Shown here piece after piece: positions 7,585-16,842 of a stretch of 24,000 bases of DNA. Source of the DNA: Nitrincola iocasae. GTDB lineage: Bacteria; Pseudomonadota; Gammaproteobacteria; Pseudomonadales; Balneatricaceae. Positions within the stretch are counted from its first letter, which is position 1, and each line of letters begins with the position of its first letter. The stretch is taken from contig NZ_CP044222.1 in the NCBI RefSeq assembly GCF_008727795.1, positions 1,762,518 to 1,786,517 on the forward strand. Direction: 5' to 3'. Both the position numbers and the translations under genes were made by a program. A model generated the notes under the pieces. The model did no database searches. It was not told the origin of the DNA and was given only the letters and a program-made list of their open reading frames with translations.

Positions 7585-8828
7585 GTGATTCAGACTTCAA
7601 GGTGTTGGTGATCGGCTATGTCTGGCCGGAACCTGATTCATCGGCAGCTGGCAGTCGTATGATGCAGTTGCTGCAAAGCTTTATCAATCAGGGCTGGCAG
7701 GTGGATTTTGCCAGTCCGGCACAACCGACCGAGCATCAGATCGATCTGGCTCAGCTGGGTATCAACAGCCATGTTATACGCTTGAACTGCAGTTCATTTG
7801 ATCAGTTTTTACTGGATAAATCACCGAATATTGTTATGTTCGACCGGTTTATGATGGAAGAGCAGTTTGGCTGGCGGGTTGAAAAGCACCTACCTCAGGC
7901 CTTGCGTATCTTGAACACTGAAGACCTGCACAGTCTTCGTCATGCACGTCATCAGGCGTTTAAGGCCGGGCGTGAATATCAACCGGAAGACTTGCACAGT
8001 GAGTTGTCAATACGCGAAGTGGCCGCCATTTTTCGTGCTGATCTGACCTTGATGATCTCAGCCGTCGAAACCCGCTTGCTGCAACAACAGTTTCAAGTTC
8101 CCACAACCCAGTTGTATACCCTGCCATTTATGCTGCAGCCGATTACAGCGACGCAGAAACAGCAGCGTTTAAGCTTTGCCCAGCGAAGTGACTTTGTCAG
8201 CATCGGCAACTTTCGCCATGCACCCAACTGGGATGCAGTGCTCTATCTGAAGCAGATGTTCTGGCCAGCTATTCGTCAGCAGTTACCGGATGCCAGCGTG
8301 CATATTTACGGCGCTTATCCGCCACCTAAGGCGACACAACTGCACAATCCAGCCCAAGGCTTTTTGGTAAAAGGCTGGGCCGATAATGCCAGGCAGGTGG
8401 TAGGGCAGGCGCGGGTGTTACTGGCGCCGTTGCGTTTCGGCGCCGGGTTGAAAGGTAAGCTGGTGGAAGCGATGCAGACTGGTACGCCGAGTGTTACCAC
8501 ACCAACAGGGGCTGAAGGCATGCATGCCGGGTTGCCCTGGAGCGGTGCAGTTTGTGCCGATGAGACGGCGTTTGTCCAGCAGGCAGTGTACCTCTATACC
8601 AACGAAGACGGCTGGCAACAGGCACAGCAGCAGGGTGATCAAATACTTGAGCAGCTGTATAACCGTGCTGAGTTAGAGCCGGGTTTTATTGCGCGTATTC
8701 TGCAACACTATCAGCAGCGCGAAGCCCTTAGACAGCAGCATTTTATCAGCCAGATGCTCAGGCATCACAGCATGAAAAGCACGCAGTATATGGCGCAGTG
8801 GATTGAAGCTAAAAACAGGCATGGCTAA
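7581..8828 (+). CDS. GT4/GT1-type glycosyltransferase
   Basis: The tracked ORF opens at 7551, but a TTG at 7581 (MSDSDFKVLVIGYVWPEP...) overlapping the upstream stop fits the domain start better. SIGNFRHAPNWDAV and LLAPLRFGAGLKGKLVEAMQTGTPSVTTPTGAEGM are typical of GT4 C-terminal domains. Confidence 0.8.
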   Translation: MSDSDFKVLVIGYVWPEPDSSAAGSRMMQLLQSFINQGWQVDFASPAQPTEHQIDLAQLGINSHVIRLNCSSFDQFLLDKSPNIVMFDRFMMEEQFGWRVEKHLPQALRILNTEDLHSLRHARHQAFKAGREYQPEDLHSELSIREVAAIFRADLTLMISAVETRLLQQQFQVPTTQLYTLPFMLQPITATQKQQRLSFAQRSDFVSIGNFRHAPNWDAVLYLKQMFWPAIRQQLPDASVHIYGAYPPPKATQLHNPAQGFLVKGWADNARQVVGQARVLLAPLRFGAGLKGKLVEAMQTGTPSVTTPTGAEGMHAGLPWSGAVCADETAFVQQAVYLYTNEDGWQQAQQQGDQILEQLYNRAELEPGFIARILQHYQQREALRQQHFISQMLRHHSMKSTQYMAQWIEAKNRHG

Positions 8829-8883
8829 GCTTGGTGGTATGTTACATTAATCCTGATAACTGACTGTTACGGAAGCACTGACT

Positions 8884-9174
8884 ATGGCAAAAATATGTTT
8901 ACATGTCCGCGTGGTTGGCCGGGTACAAGGGGTCTGGTTTCGGCGCTTTACCCAGCAGCAGGCCGAGGCCCACGGTGTGGTAGGCTGGGTGCGCAATCTG
9001 GCTGATGGTAGTGTTGAAGCCATGTTATGTGGTGAAGAGATCAATGTTCATCATGTCGAAGCCTGGTTGAATCAAGGTCCGGAGTTAGCCACGGTAGCTG
9101 AAGTGATTGCTGAGCCTGGCGACTGGGATGACAGCCACACCGGCTTCGAAATAAGGGATGACGCAGACAACTAA
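8884..9174 (+). CDS. acyP: Acylphosphatase
   Basis: 96-aa ORF with VVGRVQGVWFRRFTQQQAEAHGVVGWVRNLADGSVEAMLCG, the canonical acylphosphatase signature. Confidence 0.95.
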   Translation: MAKICLHVRVVGRVQGVWFRRFTQQQAEAHGVVGWVRNLADGSVEAMLCGEEINVHHVEAWLNQGPELATVAEVIAEPGDWDDSHTGFEIRDDADN

Positions 9175-9203
9175 CACTAGAGTGTCCTGCCGATCCTCAA
9201 GGG

Positions 9204-9818
9204 TTAAGGGTTTAATTGATTGGCAAAGTCGTGATTAACATCGCGATGCTTGGCTTCATCGGCCCGTACAGCCAATATTACCTCACGCAGGCGTGCATCT
9301 TCCGGGAGCTGCCAGTAGTCTATGGCGATGCGGGGCGCAGGTACATTCTCATAGAGTCCGCTGTCTATACCTTCCAGGTATTCAGTGTAACTGTATACTG
9401 CTTCCTCCTCGAGATAACCCACGAAGCGATGTGCTGTTCGTGGTGAGATCAGGTAGAGCAGGAAAAAACTGTTATAGAAAATTCCTTGTACCAGCATAAT
9501 AAGCAAACGTTCGAAACGGTTTGGCTGGGCGATTTCTATAAAGGTCATTAAATGCATGCGCTCATTTTCAGCCTCTTCCAGTAACGTTCGAATCCAGCCT
9601 TCGTCACTTTTAATTCGTCGTATTGATTTCAAATGCTGTAGGGCTCCACCCACCATTCCAGGTACCGCAGCGACGGTTTCTAGCACGACAGCACGATGAC
9701 CATAGCGCTGGGCAAAAAATTTATCGGCAAAAAAACGCAGCAAGCGGGTCATGTAATAGGCCACCCGGTCAGACCCTGTCTTGGGTTTGAAATGTGTCTG
9801 CAGACGTTGCTCGGACAT
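9204..9818 (-). CDS. aox: Alternative oxidase (di-iron ubiquinol oxidase)
   Basis: 204-aa ORF with AOX motifs [27 protein letters not shown] and [12 protein letters not shown] (Glu/His di-iron ligands intact). Confidence 0.93.
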   Translation of the reverse strand: MSEQRLQTHFKPKTGSDRVAYYMTRLLRFFADKFFAQRYGHRAVVLETVAAVPGMVGGALQHLKSIRRIKSDEGWIRTLLEEAENERMHLMTFIEIAQPNRFERLLIMLVQGIFYNSFFLLYLISPRTAHRFVGYLEEEAVYSYTEYLEGIDSGLYENVPAPRIAIDYWQLPEDARLREVILAVRADEAKHRDVNHDFANQLNP

Positions 9819-9900
9819 CTATTACTCCATGTTGTTTTTGCAAAACTCACTAGGTATGGCTATCCAGCATTGAATAGGTTCCTGACAAACAAGTTAATCC

Positions 9901-12483
9901 TTACAGGCCTTGATATGGAGGGATGGTATTTTTGTGTGAAGCAAAGGCATCTATGGGCATAGGCCGGGCATATAAAAAACCCTGAAAAGAACGGCAACCG
10001 AAGCGCTGTAGTGCATCGCGCTGGTCAAGGTTTTCAACGCCTTCCGCAATCACATTTAATGCCAGGCTGCGCCCCAGATCGATAATGGTTCTGACTACGG
10101 CAAGATCACGCGCATCCCTGTGCATATCGCGCACAAACGCCTGGTCAACTTTCAAGGTATCCAGAGGCAGGCTGATCAGCAGACTCAGCGATGAAAAGCC
10201 TGTGCCAAAATCATCCAGTGAGAAACGGATACCTTCTGCTTTTAGTAACAACATTTTCTCAATAGTTTGTTCAATATTATCTATCAGCAGACTTTCGGTT
10301 AATTCCAGTTCCAGCCGATTAGCTGGTGCACCGGTTTCTTGCAGAATACTCAATACGTCATCAACAAAACTATTGTGGTGCATCTGCGCGGCACTGATAT
10401 TGACCGCAATGGTCAAATGAGCGGTATCGGGATGCTCCGACCAGCTAACCAGTTGCTGACAGGCGGTACGCAAAATCCACTGTCCCAACGGAAGTATCAG
10501 GCCAGTTGTCTCAGCAACCGGGATAAAATCACCCGGTGATACCAGCGGCTGTTCCGGTGGTTGCCAGCGTATCAGGGCTTCTACGCCGGTCATTTCGCCT
10601 TCAGCATGGTACTGTGGCTGGTAGTAAAGAATAAATTCCTGATTTTTAAGTGCTCGACGCAGACCAAACTCCAGTTCAGCCCGGTGTTCGGCTTTTTGTT
10701 GCATGCTGGTATCAAAAAAGCGTATCTGATTTCGTCCGACTTTCTTGGCATCATAAATGGCCAGTTCAGCCCGTTTGATCAGCTCTTCCGGGTTATGTTT
10801 ACTATCTGAATAAAGCGCAACACCCAGGCTGGCCGAGGTGGTGTATTCCTGATTCTGTATTCGAAATGGGTGCTCAAGAGCCGCAATAATCTTATCCAGT
10901 ACCTGCTCGACCTGGTTCAGCAGTAAAGTATCATCAGTGGACAGGTCTTCCAGTAATAACATAAATTCGTCACCGCCAAAGCGCGCTAACGTATCGCTGG
11001 CACGTATATGTTCGCTCAGCCGCGTGGCGATGCCTGTGAGCAGTTGATCGCCTGCCTGATGTCCCAGGGTGTCATTCAGGGTACGAAAATTGTCCAGATC
11101 GATAAGAATGACGGCACCATTACCCTGTTGGTTATGGCGACTTGCCAGGCTATGCTGCAAACGGTCCATGAGTAATCTTCGGTTAGGCAGTCCGGTAAGC
11201 ACATCATAAAAAATCAGTTGATGGACTTCTTTTTTATGACGTTTTTGTTCTGATATATCCGTTGCCAGCCCACACAGGGCGTAGATCTGTCCTTTTGAGT
11301 CGCGCATAGGCACCTTTACTGAGAGAAAGGTGCGTGGCTCATTTTCACCAGGAAGCTTGTTTACTTCTTCTTTGACAATGCTGTCGCCACTCATAAGTGC
11401 ACGGTCATCCAGACGGAAAATCTCAGCTACAGATTCACTATCAAAAAAAGCTTCATCGGTTTTGTTTAAAATTTCTTCTTCAGTGCAATTGAATAATTCG
11501 CAGACTTTGGGACTAACATATAAGTAACGGTGTTGTGGATCCTTGATGTAAACATAGGCTTGCAGGTTGTTGAGAATCGTTATGAGCTTATCATCACTCA
11601 TTTTTAATTCATGCTGGGTGCGCTGCACTTTTTGCCTGAGGTATCGCATAGTTAACAAAGCCAGTAGTAGCAGGCCAAGCAGCGTAATCAAACCGACCCA
11701 TACAAACCTGGGAATAACCTGTACTTCAACAGATGATTGCCAGTTTTGCAGAATACGGTTGTAGGGGGAGTCCTGTTCAGCGCCCCACTGTTCCAGCCAA
11801 TAATCAATTTTTTCCAACAATTCGGGGTGTTGATTAAGTGATGTGGCAAAAAACAGTCGTGCCGGTTGAAATAAAATGGAGGTTTGTTTGAGGTCATAGC
11901 CGTTGCCATGATAACCACCAAACAGATTGTTGGTAGCCAGTGCATCGGCCTTGCCTTCGGCTAGCAGGTTGAGAGCTGATTGCAGATCACTAACGCGTAC
12001 TAGCTCCATCTGTATGCCGAATTCTTGATTAATCTGCTTTAAAAAATCCTGTTGAATTGAACCGGCAAGAATGGCAACACGCTTTTGATCCAGATCCAGT
12101 ACAGAGTCGATTTCTACATCAGCATGACGAAACACCTGTGACCAACTGTGCAAGGCGGGCTGGTGATGAAATGACATCAGGGTTTGTCGTTGCTCACTGA
12201 AGGCCACATCCGGCATTAATTCAATTTTACCTTCTTGCAGCAGTTGCAGACAGACATCCCAATTACACGGAACTGCCTGGAGTTGCCAGTCTTCACGCAG
12301 GGCGATTTCCTGAATCAGTTCCCCTAAAATGCCAGAAGGCCTGCCATCAGGCCCCAGCATGATTTTAGGTGGATTTTCATACACACCAATACGAACGCTT
12401 TGCATGTCAGCCTGAGCGTTGAAAGTGAGCATCAAAGCCAGCAGCAGGCAGTAAAGCCTGATACCTGTCGATATCCGTGTCAT
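9901..12483 (-). CDS. Sensor protein with periplasmic SBP_bac_3-like domain, TM helix, PAS, GGDEF and EAL domains
   Basis: 860-aa ORF. Signal peptide, VRIGVYENPPKIMLGPDGRPSGILGELIQ, TM segment FVWVGLITLLGLLLLALLTM, PAS-like ILNNLQAYVYIKDPQHRYLYVSP, intact RFGGDEF, intact EALIRW and DDFGTG. Confidence 0.93.
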   Translation of the reverse strand: MTRISTGIRLYCLLLALMLTFNAQADMQSVRIGVYENPPKIMLGPDGRPSGILGELIQEIALREDWQLQAVPCNWDVCLQLLQEGKIELMPDVAFSEQRQTLMSFHHQPALHSWSQVFRHADVEIDSVLDLDQKRVAILAGSIQQDFLKQINQEFGIQMELVRVSDLQSALNLLAEGKADALATNNLFGGYHGNGYDLKQTSILFQPARLFFATSLNQHPELLEKIDYWLEQWGAEQDSPYNRILQNWQSSVEVQVIPRFVWVGLITLLGLLLLALLTMRYLRQKVQRTQHELKMSDDKLITILNNLQAYVYIKDPQHRYLYVSPKVCELFNCTEEEILNKTDEAFFDSESVAEIFRLDDRALMSGDSIVKEEVNKLPGENEPRTFLSVKVPMRDSKGQIYALCGLATDISEQKRHKKEVHQLIFYDVLTGLPNRRLLMDRLQHSLASRHNQQGNGAVILIDLDNFRTLNDTLGHQAGDQLLTGIATRLSEHIRASDTLARFGGDEFMLLLEDLSTDDTLLLNQVEQVLDKIIAALEHPFRIQNQEYTTSASLGVALYSDSKHNPEELIKRAELAIYDAKKVGRNQIRFFDTSMQQKAEHRAELEFGLRRALKNQEFILYYQPQYHAEGEMTGVEALIRWQPPEQPLVSPGDFIPVAETTGLILPLGQWILRTACQQLVSWSEHPDTAHLTIAVNISAAQMHHNSFVDDVLSILQETGAPANRLELELTESLLIDNIEQTIEKMLLLKAEGIRFSLDDFGTGFSSLSLLISLPLDTLKVDQAFVRDMHRDARDLAVVRTIIDLGRSLALNVIAEGVENLDQRDALQRFGCRSFQGFLYARPMPIDAFASHKNTIPPYQGL

Positions 12484-12535
12484 AAAACCATATATTCCTA
12501 TAAAAGTTTATAGTCGCAGTATAGACACGAAATCT

Positions 12536-12555
12536 TCAAGGGGTCAGCCAGCTTG
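12536..12555 (-). repeat. Left inverted repeat of the RAYT element
   Basis: TCAAGGGGTCAGCCAGCTTG, read directly. Confidence 0.95.
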
Positions 12556-12626
12556 ATTAAAAAGTTGATATCATCGATTCATTGAGTAAACTGGATTCAG
12601 TCTGATTACTACAAGGATGTAACCTC

Positions 12627-13337
12627 ATGGCTAGACTGCCTAGATTGGTATTGCCCAATCAGCCTCTGCATATCATGCATCGAGGTAACAATCGTCAAAA
12701 AGTATTTGAAAACAAAGAGGATATGTCACGTATCCTTGCCGATATCGCGAAGTCACTCATAAAAGCAGATTGCCAGTTGCATGCCTACGTCATCATGACA
12801 AATCATTTGCATCTACTGATTACGCCAAAAGACAAACACCATTTGGCCGTGTTTATGCAGTCTCTGACCAATCGCTATGTCCGATATTTTAATTCCAGTC
12901 GGGAACGGACAGGCACCATTTGGGAAGGGCGGTTTAAATCATGTCTTGTAGACAGCGATCATTACCTTTTCACCTTATACAAGTATATCGAAATGAACCC
13001 GGTAAAAGCCGGTTTGGTCATTGATCCCAAAGAATACCCTTGGTCAAGCTATCACCACAATGCGCTTGGAGTAGTGGACCCGCTGATTTCAGAGCATCCT
13101 CTCTATCTGGATTTAGCGACTACAAAAGATGAAAGAGCGGCTCATTACCAGTCGATGATGAGTAATGTGAACCTAAGTGAAGAGAATCAAAACATAACCG
13201 AGGCAACTATTCGTGGCGAAGCACTGGGTGATGTAAACTTCAACAATTGGGTAAGCCTACAAACTGGAAGGCCAGCAAAGCTAACATCTCATGGGGGCGA
13301 TAGAAAGAGTGCCGAATATAAAAACCAAGCTGGCTGA
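12627..13337 (+). CDS. REP-associated tyrosine transposase (Y1/IS200-like HUH transposase)
   Basis: 236-aa ORF. MHRGNNRQKVFENKEDMSRIL, HAYVIMTNHLHLLITP (HLH of the HUH motif), VRYFN (candidate Tyr), GTIWEGRFKSCLV and YKYIEMNPVKAGLV, characteristic of RAYTs. Confidence 0.93.
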   Translation: MARLPRLVLPNQPLHIMHRGNNRQKVFENKEDMSRILADIAKSLIKADCQLHAYVIMTNHLHLLITPKDKHHLAVFMQSLTNRYVRYFNSSRERTGTIWEGRFKSCLVDSDHYLFTLYKYIEMNPVKAGLVIDPKEYPWSSYHHNALGVVDPLISEHPLYLDLATTKDERAAHYQSMMSNVNLSEENQNITEATIRGEALGDVNFNNWVSLQTGRPAKLTSHGGDRKSAEYKNQAG

Positions 13338-13345
13338 CCCCTTGA
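13326..13345 (+). repeat. Right inverted repeat of the RAYT element; contains the transposase stop codon
   Basis: CAAGCTGGCTGACCCCTTGA; TGA at 13335-13337 terminates the transposase. Confidence 0.95.
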
Positions 13346-13356
13346 TTCCAGGGTTT

Positions 13357-16300
13357 ATGGTGATTCAGGGGAATCATCTTGAAGAGCTGCGTCATTTGAT
13401 GGTGAGCTGGACTCAGCATTACCCGCTTAAGCCGTTGGAAAATGAAGTGATTCTGGTGCAAAGCAACGGTATTGCGCAGTGGCTGAAACTGGCACTGGCG
13501 GCGAACTCGGGGGATGGAGCGGAATCCGGGCTGGGTATTGCGGCGGGGTTGCAGGTGATGCTGCCGGGGCGGTTTATCTGGCAGGCTTATCGTCAGGAGT
13601 TTCCCCAGCTACCCAGTGCTTCCCCCTTTGATAAAGCCCCCCTGACCTGGCGGCTGCTGCGATTGCTCAGTGATCTGCCAGCCCTGGCTGCCAGAGCGCC
13701 TGATCCTCAGGTGCTACAGCCGCTGCAACATTTTCTCGATCAGGACCCCTCCGTGTCACGAACTTGGCAGTTGGCGGCGCGCCTGGCGGATCTTTATGAT
13801 CAATATCAGGTCTACCGGGCCGATTGGCTGGAGGCCTGGCTGCAGGGTGAATCGGTGTTGATCACCGCAGCGGGTGAACGGCAGCCATTGAAGGCGGAGC
13901 AGGCCTGGCAGCCGTTGCTCTGGCAGTGGCTGAATGCGGATATTCGTCAGGCTCACTCGGAGGCTGATTTTCTCAGTTATGCCAGCCGTTCCAGCGTGCA
14001 TCAGGTGTTTTGTCAGCAGCTTGGCGAGGCAGATGCTAACCAACCACCGACTGGCTTTCCACGCCGAATCATCGTGTTCGGTATCTCCTCCTTACCCCGG
14101 CAAACACTGGAAGTGCTCGAAGTGCTGTCGCAGTTTTCCCAGGTGATGCTGTTTGTGTGTAATCCCAGTCAGCACTATTGGGGCGATCTGATCGAAGGGC
14201 GGGAGCTGTTCAAAAAGGCTTATCAGCGCAATTCTGAACGCCGCGTGCCGGATAATCTGGATGAAGATCAACTGCATCTGCACGGCCATCCCTTACTGGC
14301 AGCCTGGGGGCGTCAGGGACGTGACTATCTGAGGCTGCTGGATGAGCGTGATCAGCCGCAGAGCTATCAGCAGCACTTTGAACGCATAGATCTGTTTTCA
14401 TCGCCAGGGAACGAAACACTGCTGCAACAACTGCAGGATGATATTCTGGAACTGCGCACCCTGAGTGAGCGCCAGGCGATGCAGATCCAGGTGGATGTGC
14501 AAGATCGCAGCCTGAGCTTTATGCTAGCACATAGTCCGCAGCGTGAGGTGGAGATCCTTCAGGATCAACTATTAGCCGAGTTTGAGGCGGCGCAACACTC
14601 AGGTGAACCCTTGAACCCCCGCGATATTCTGGTGATGGTGCCGGATATCCAGGTGTATGCCGCACATATCGATGCTGTGTTCGGTAAACTGGATCGAGAT
14701 GATCCGCGTTATCTGCCATTTCATATTGCCGATCAGGGCCAACGCCACAAAGCGCCCTTGCTGATTGCACTGGAAAGTCTGCTGCATCTGCCTGAGTCCC
14801 GCTTCAGTGTCACCGAACTGCTGGATCTGCTGGATGTACCCGCTTTGCGCGCCTGTTTTGAACTGGATGAGGTCGATCTGCTCAGCCTGAAGCGCTGGAT
14901 ACAGGGAGCCAATATTCGCTGGGGACTGGATGCTGAGCAGCGTGAAGCGCTGGACCTGCCTGAAGGGGTATCGGCTAATACCTGGCGTTTTGGCTTGAAG
15001 CGAATGCTGCTGGGCTATGCCAGTGGTGAAACGTCTGCCTGGCAGGGAACCGTACCCTATGCTGAAGTGGCTGGCCTCGAAGCTGCCAGGTTAGGACCGC
15101 TGGTGCTGTTGCTGGATCAACTGGAAACTGCCTGGCACACGCTGCAGCAAGCTACCCATGCTGGTGAATGGGCTGCCCGTTTGCAGCAGTTGTTGCAGGA
15201 TTTCTTTGTGCCCCAGTCAGAGCTGGATCAGGCGTTGCTGCTCAAGTTTGAGCAGCAGTTAACACAGTGGCTAGAGGCTATCGAGTTGGCTGAAGCCAGT
15301 GATCTACCCTTAACACTCGACGTGGTGCGTGAAGAGCTGCTGTCCGGTCTGGATCAGCCGGGTTTGAGTCAGACATTCCTGGCCGGGTCGGTAAACTTTG
15401 CTACGCTGATGCCGATGCGTGCCATTCCGTTTCGGCAAGTCTGGTTGCTGGGGATGAATGATGGTGCTTATCCGCGCGCTGTCAGACCGGTGGATTTTGA
15501 TCTGATGGCACAGGACTATCGACCCGGTGACCGTTCCCGACGAGAAGATGATCGCTATCTGTTTCTGGAAGCCTTGCTGGCCGCGCGCGAGAAGCTGGTG
15601 GTCAGCTGGGTGGGCCGCAGTGCCCGCGATAACTCCGTGCGACCACCGTCTGTACTGGTCGGGCAACTGCGTGATCACCTGCAGTCGGGTTGGCAAGGAC
15701 AGACCGACGATCTGCTCAATGAACTGACCATCGAGCACCCGTTACAGCCTTTCAGTCGCCGCTATTTTGATCAGGACGCCGCTGCGCACGCGCCGTTCAG
15801 TTATGCCTCCGAGTGGTTAGCGGTACATCAGCCGATCAGCCAGGCGCAATCACCGCTATCGCTGGAGCCCTGGCAGCCGGAAACCGCCTTGTCTCTGTCA
15901 CAGTTGGTGCAGTTGATGAAGCAGCCGATCGACAGCTTTTACGCCCTGCGTCTGCAAGTGCCGCGAACGGAATCTATTCAGGTGTTACGCGATACCGAAA
16001 GCTTTGCGCTGGATGGGTTGGAAGTTTGGCAACTGCGTGACCGGCTGCTGCAATCCGCCATCCTGCCTGCCGTGGATGAAGATGACTTTTTGCAGCGCGT
16101 CGGTGATGAAGTACAGCGTATTCAGCAGGAGGGCTTGCTGGTTGAAGGCAGTCTCGGTCAGTTGCAGGGGCAGCAGTTGTGTCAGGGACTGGATGCGGTC
16201 TATAGCGACTGGTTGGCCGAACGCACTGAGTTCAGTGACGCGCTGGAGAGCCAGCCAGTGATGTATTCAGCGCATAGCGAATGGGGTGTGTTGTCTGTAG

Positions 16301-16842
16301 AAGCCATGCTTGAGCCCCTGTATCAGAACCCTGAAACAGGGGAGGTCGCGTTGCTGTTGTTGCAAAGCAGTGGCTTGATCAAACAGGGTCGGACGCGCAA
16401 ATGGCACAATCACTTGCGCGGCTGGCTGATGCACCTGCTGGCTCACCAGAGCGGCCTGAAACTGACCACCTGGATTATGACCCCTGAAGGCAAAATTCGC
16501 TTTGCACCACTGGCGTCTGCGGAGCAGGCCCGTGCCTGTCTGGATCGTCTGCTACAAGCTGCACATGCAACACTGCAGGCGCCCACGCCTTTAAGCCTGG
16601 ATACTGCCATCGCCTGGCTGGCCAACCGGGATGACGCGGCTGTACCTGAGTTTCCAGAGGGTAAGCTCCAGACCAAACTGCTGGAGGCGCTGGATAAGAG
16701 CCTTCAGCAAAGCCGTTTCTTTCATCAGCACTGTACTGGTCTTGAACAGCTTTGGGCCGAAGGTGCATTTGTCCAGCATGCACAGGCGCTCTACGGTGAC
16801 TTTCATCAGGCTGTAACAGCGCAGAAGGAAACCCGCTCATGA
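13357..16842 (+). CDS. recC: Exodeoxyribonuclease V subunit gamma (RecC)
   Basis: VIQGNHLEELRHLM...ENEVILVQSNGIAQWLKLALA aligns with E. coli RecC VYHSNRLDVLEAL...EMILVQSTGMAQWLQM. The tracked ORF opens at 13291 inside the RAYT. Likely real start is ATG 13357 or GTG 13360 (AGGG 6 nt upstream of the GTG). Confidence 0.9.
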   Translation: MVIQGNHLEELRHLMVSWTQHYPLKPLENEVILVQSNGIAQWLKLALAANSGDGAESGLGIAAGLQVMLPGRFIWQAYRQEFPQLPSASPFDKAPLTWRLLRLLSDLPALAARAPDPQVLQPLQHFLDQDPSVSRTWQLAARLADLYDQYQVYRADWLEAWLQGESVLITAAGERQPLKAEQAWQPLLWQWLNADIRQAHSEADFLSYASRSSVHQVFCQQLGEADANQPPTGFPRRIIVFGISSLPRQTLEVLEVLSQFSQVMLFVCNPSQHYWGDLIEGRELFKKAYQRNSERRVPDNLDEDQLHLHGHPLLAAWGRQGRDYLRLLDERDQPQSYQQHFERIDLFSSPGNETLLQQLQDDILELRTLSERQAMQIQVDVQDRSLSFMLAHSPQREVEILQDQLLAEFEAAQHSGEPLNPRDILVMVPDIQVYAAHIDAVFGKLDRDDPRYLPFHIADQGQRHKAPLLIALESLLHLPESRFSVTELLDLLDVPALRACFELDEVDLLSLKRWIQGANIRWGLDAEQREALDLPEGVSANTWRFGLKRMLLGYASGETSAWQGTVPYAEVAGLEAARLGPLVLLLDQLETAWHTLQQATHAGEWAARLQQLLQDFFVPQSELDQALLLKFEQQLTQWLEAIELAEASDLPLTLDVVREELLSGLDQPGLSQTFLAGSVNFATLMPMRAIPFRQVWLLGMNDGAYPRAVRPVDFDLMAQDYRPGDRSRREDDRYLFLEALLAAREKLVVSWVGRSARDNSVRPPSVLVGQLRDHLQSGWQGQTDDLLNELTIEHPLQPFSRRYFDQDAAAHAPFSYASEWLAVHQPISQAQSPLSLEPWQPETALSLSQLVQLMKQPIDSFYALRLQVPRTESIQVLRDTESFALDGLEVWQLRDRLLQSAILPAVDEDDFLQRVGDEVQRIQQEGLLVEGSLGQLQGQQLCQGLDAVYSDWLAERTEFSDALESQPVMYSAHSEWGVLSVEAMLEPLYQNPETGEVALLLLQSSGLIKQGRTRKWHNHLRGWLMHLLAHQSGLKLTTWIMTPEGKIRFAPLASAEQARACLDRLLQAAHATLQAPTPLSLDTAIAWLANRDDAAVPEFPEGKLQTKLLEALDKSLQQSRFFHQHCTGLEQLWAEGAFVQHAQALYGDFHQAVTAQKETRS

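Larger units (their letters stand above)
12536..13345 (+). mobile_element. Compact RAYT element bounded by perfect 20-bp inverted repeats
   Basis: TCAAGGGGTCAGCCAGCTTG (12536-12555) is the exact reverse complement of CAAGCTGGCTGACCCCTTGA (13326-13345). They flank a single transposase gene. Confidence 0.85.

Noticed and set aside
9160-9204. ACACTAGAGTGT palindrome between acyP and aox
   Set aside because: 5-bp arms with a 2-nt centre; plausible but insufficient evidence for a bidirectional terminator.
12564-12610. Candidate RAYT promoter TTGAGT-17 bp-ATTACT
   Set aside because: Weak -35/-10 match in AT-rich DNA; not distinguishable from chance without TSS data.
15310-15738. 142-aa minus-strand ORF inside recC, plus 16475-16924 minus
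   Set aside because: Antisense to conserved recC coding sequence; compositional artefact.
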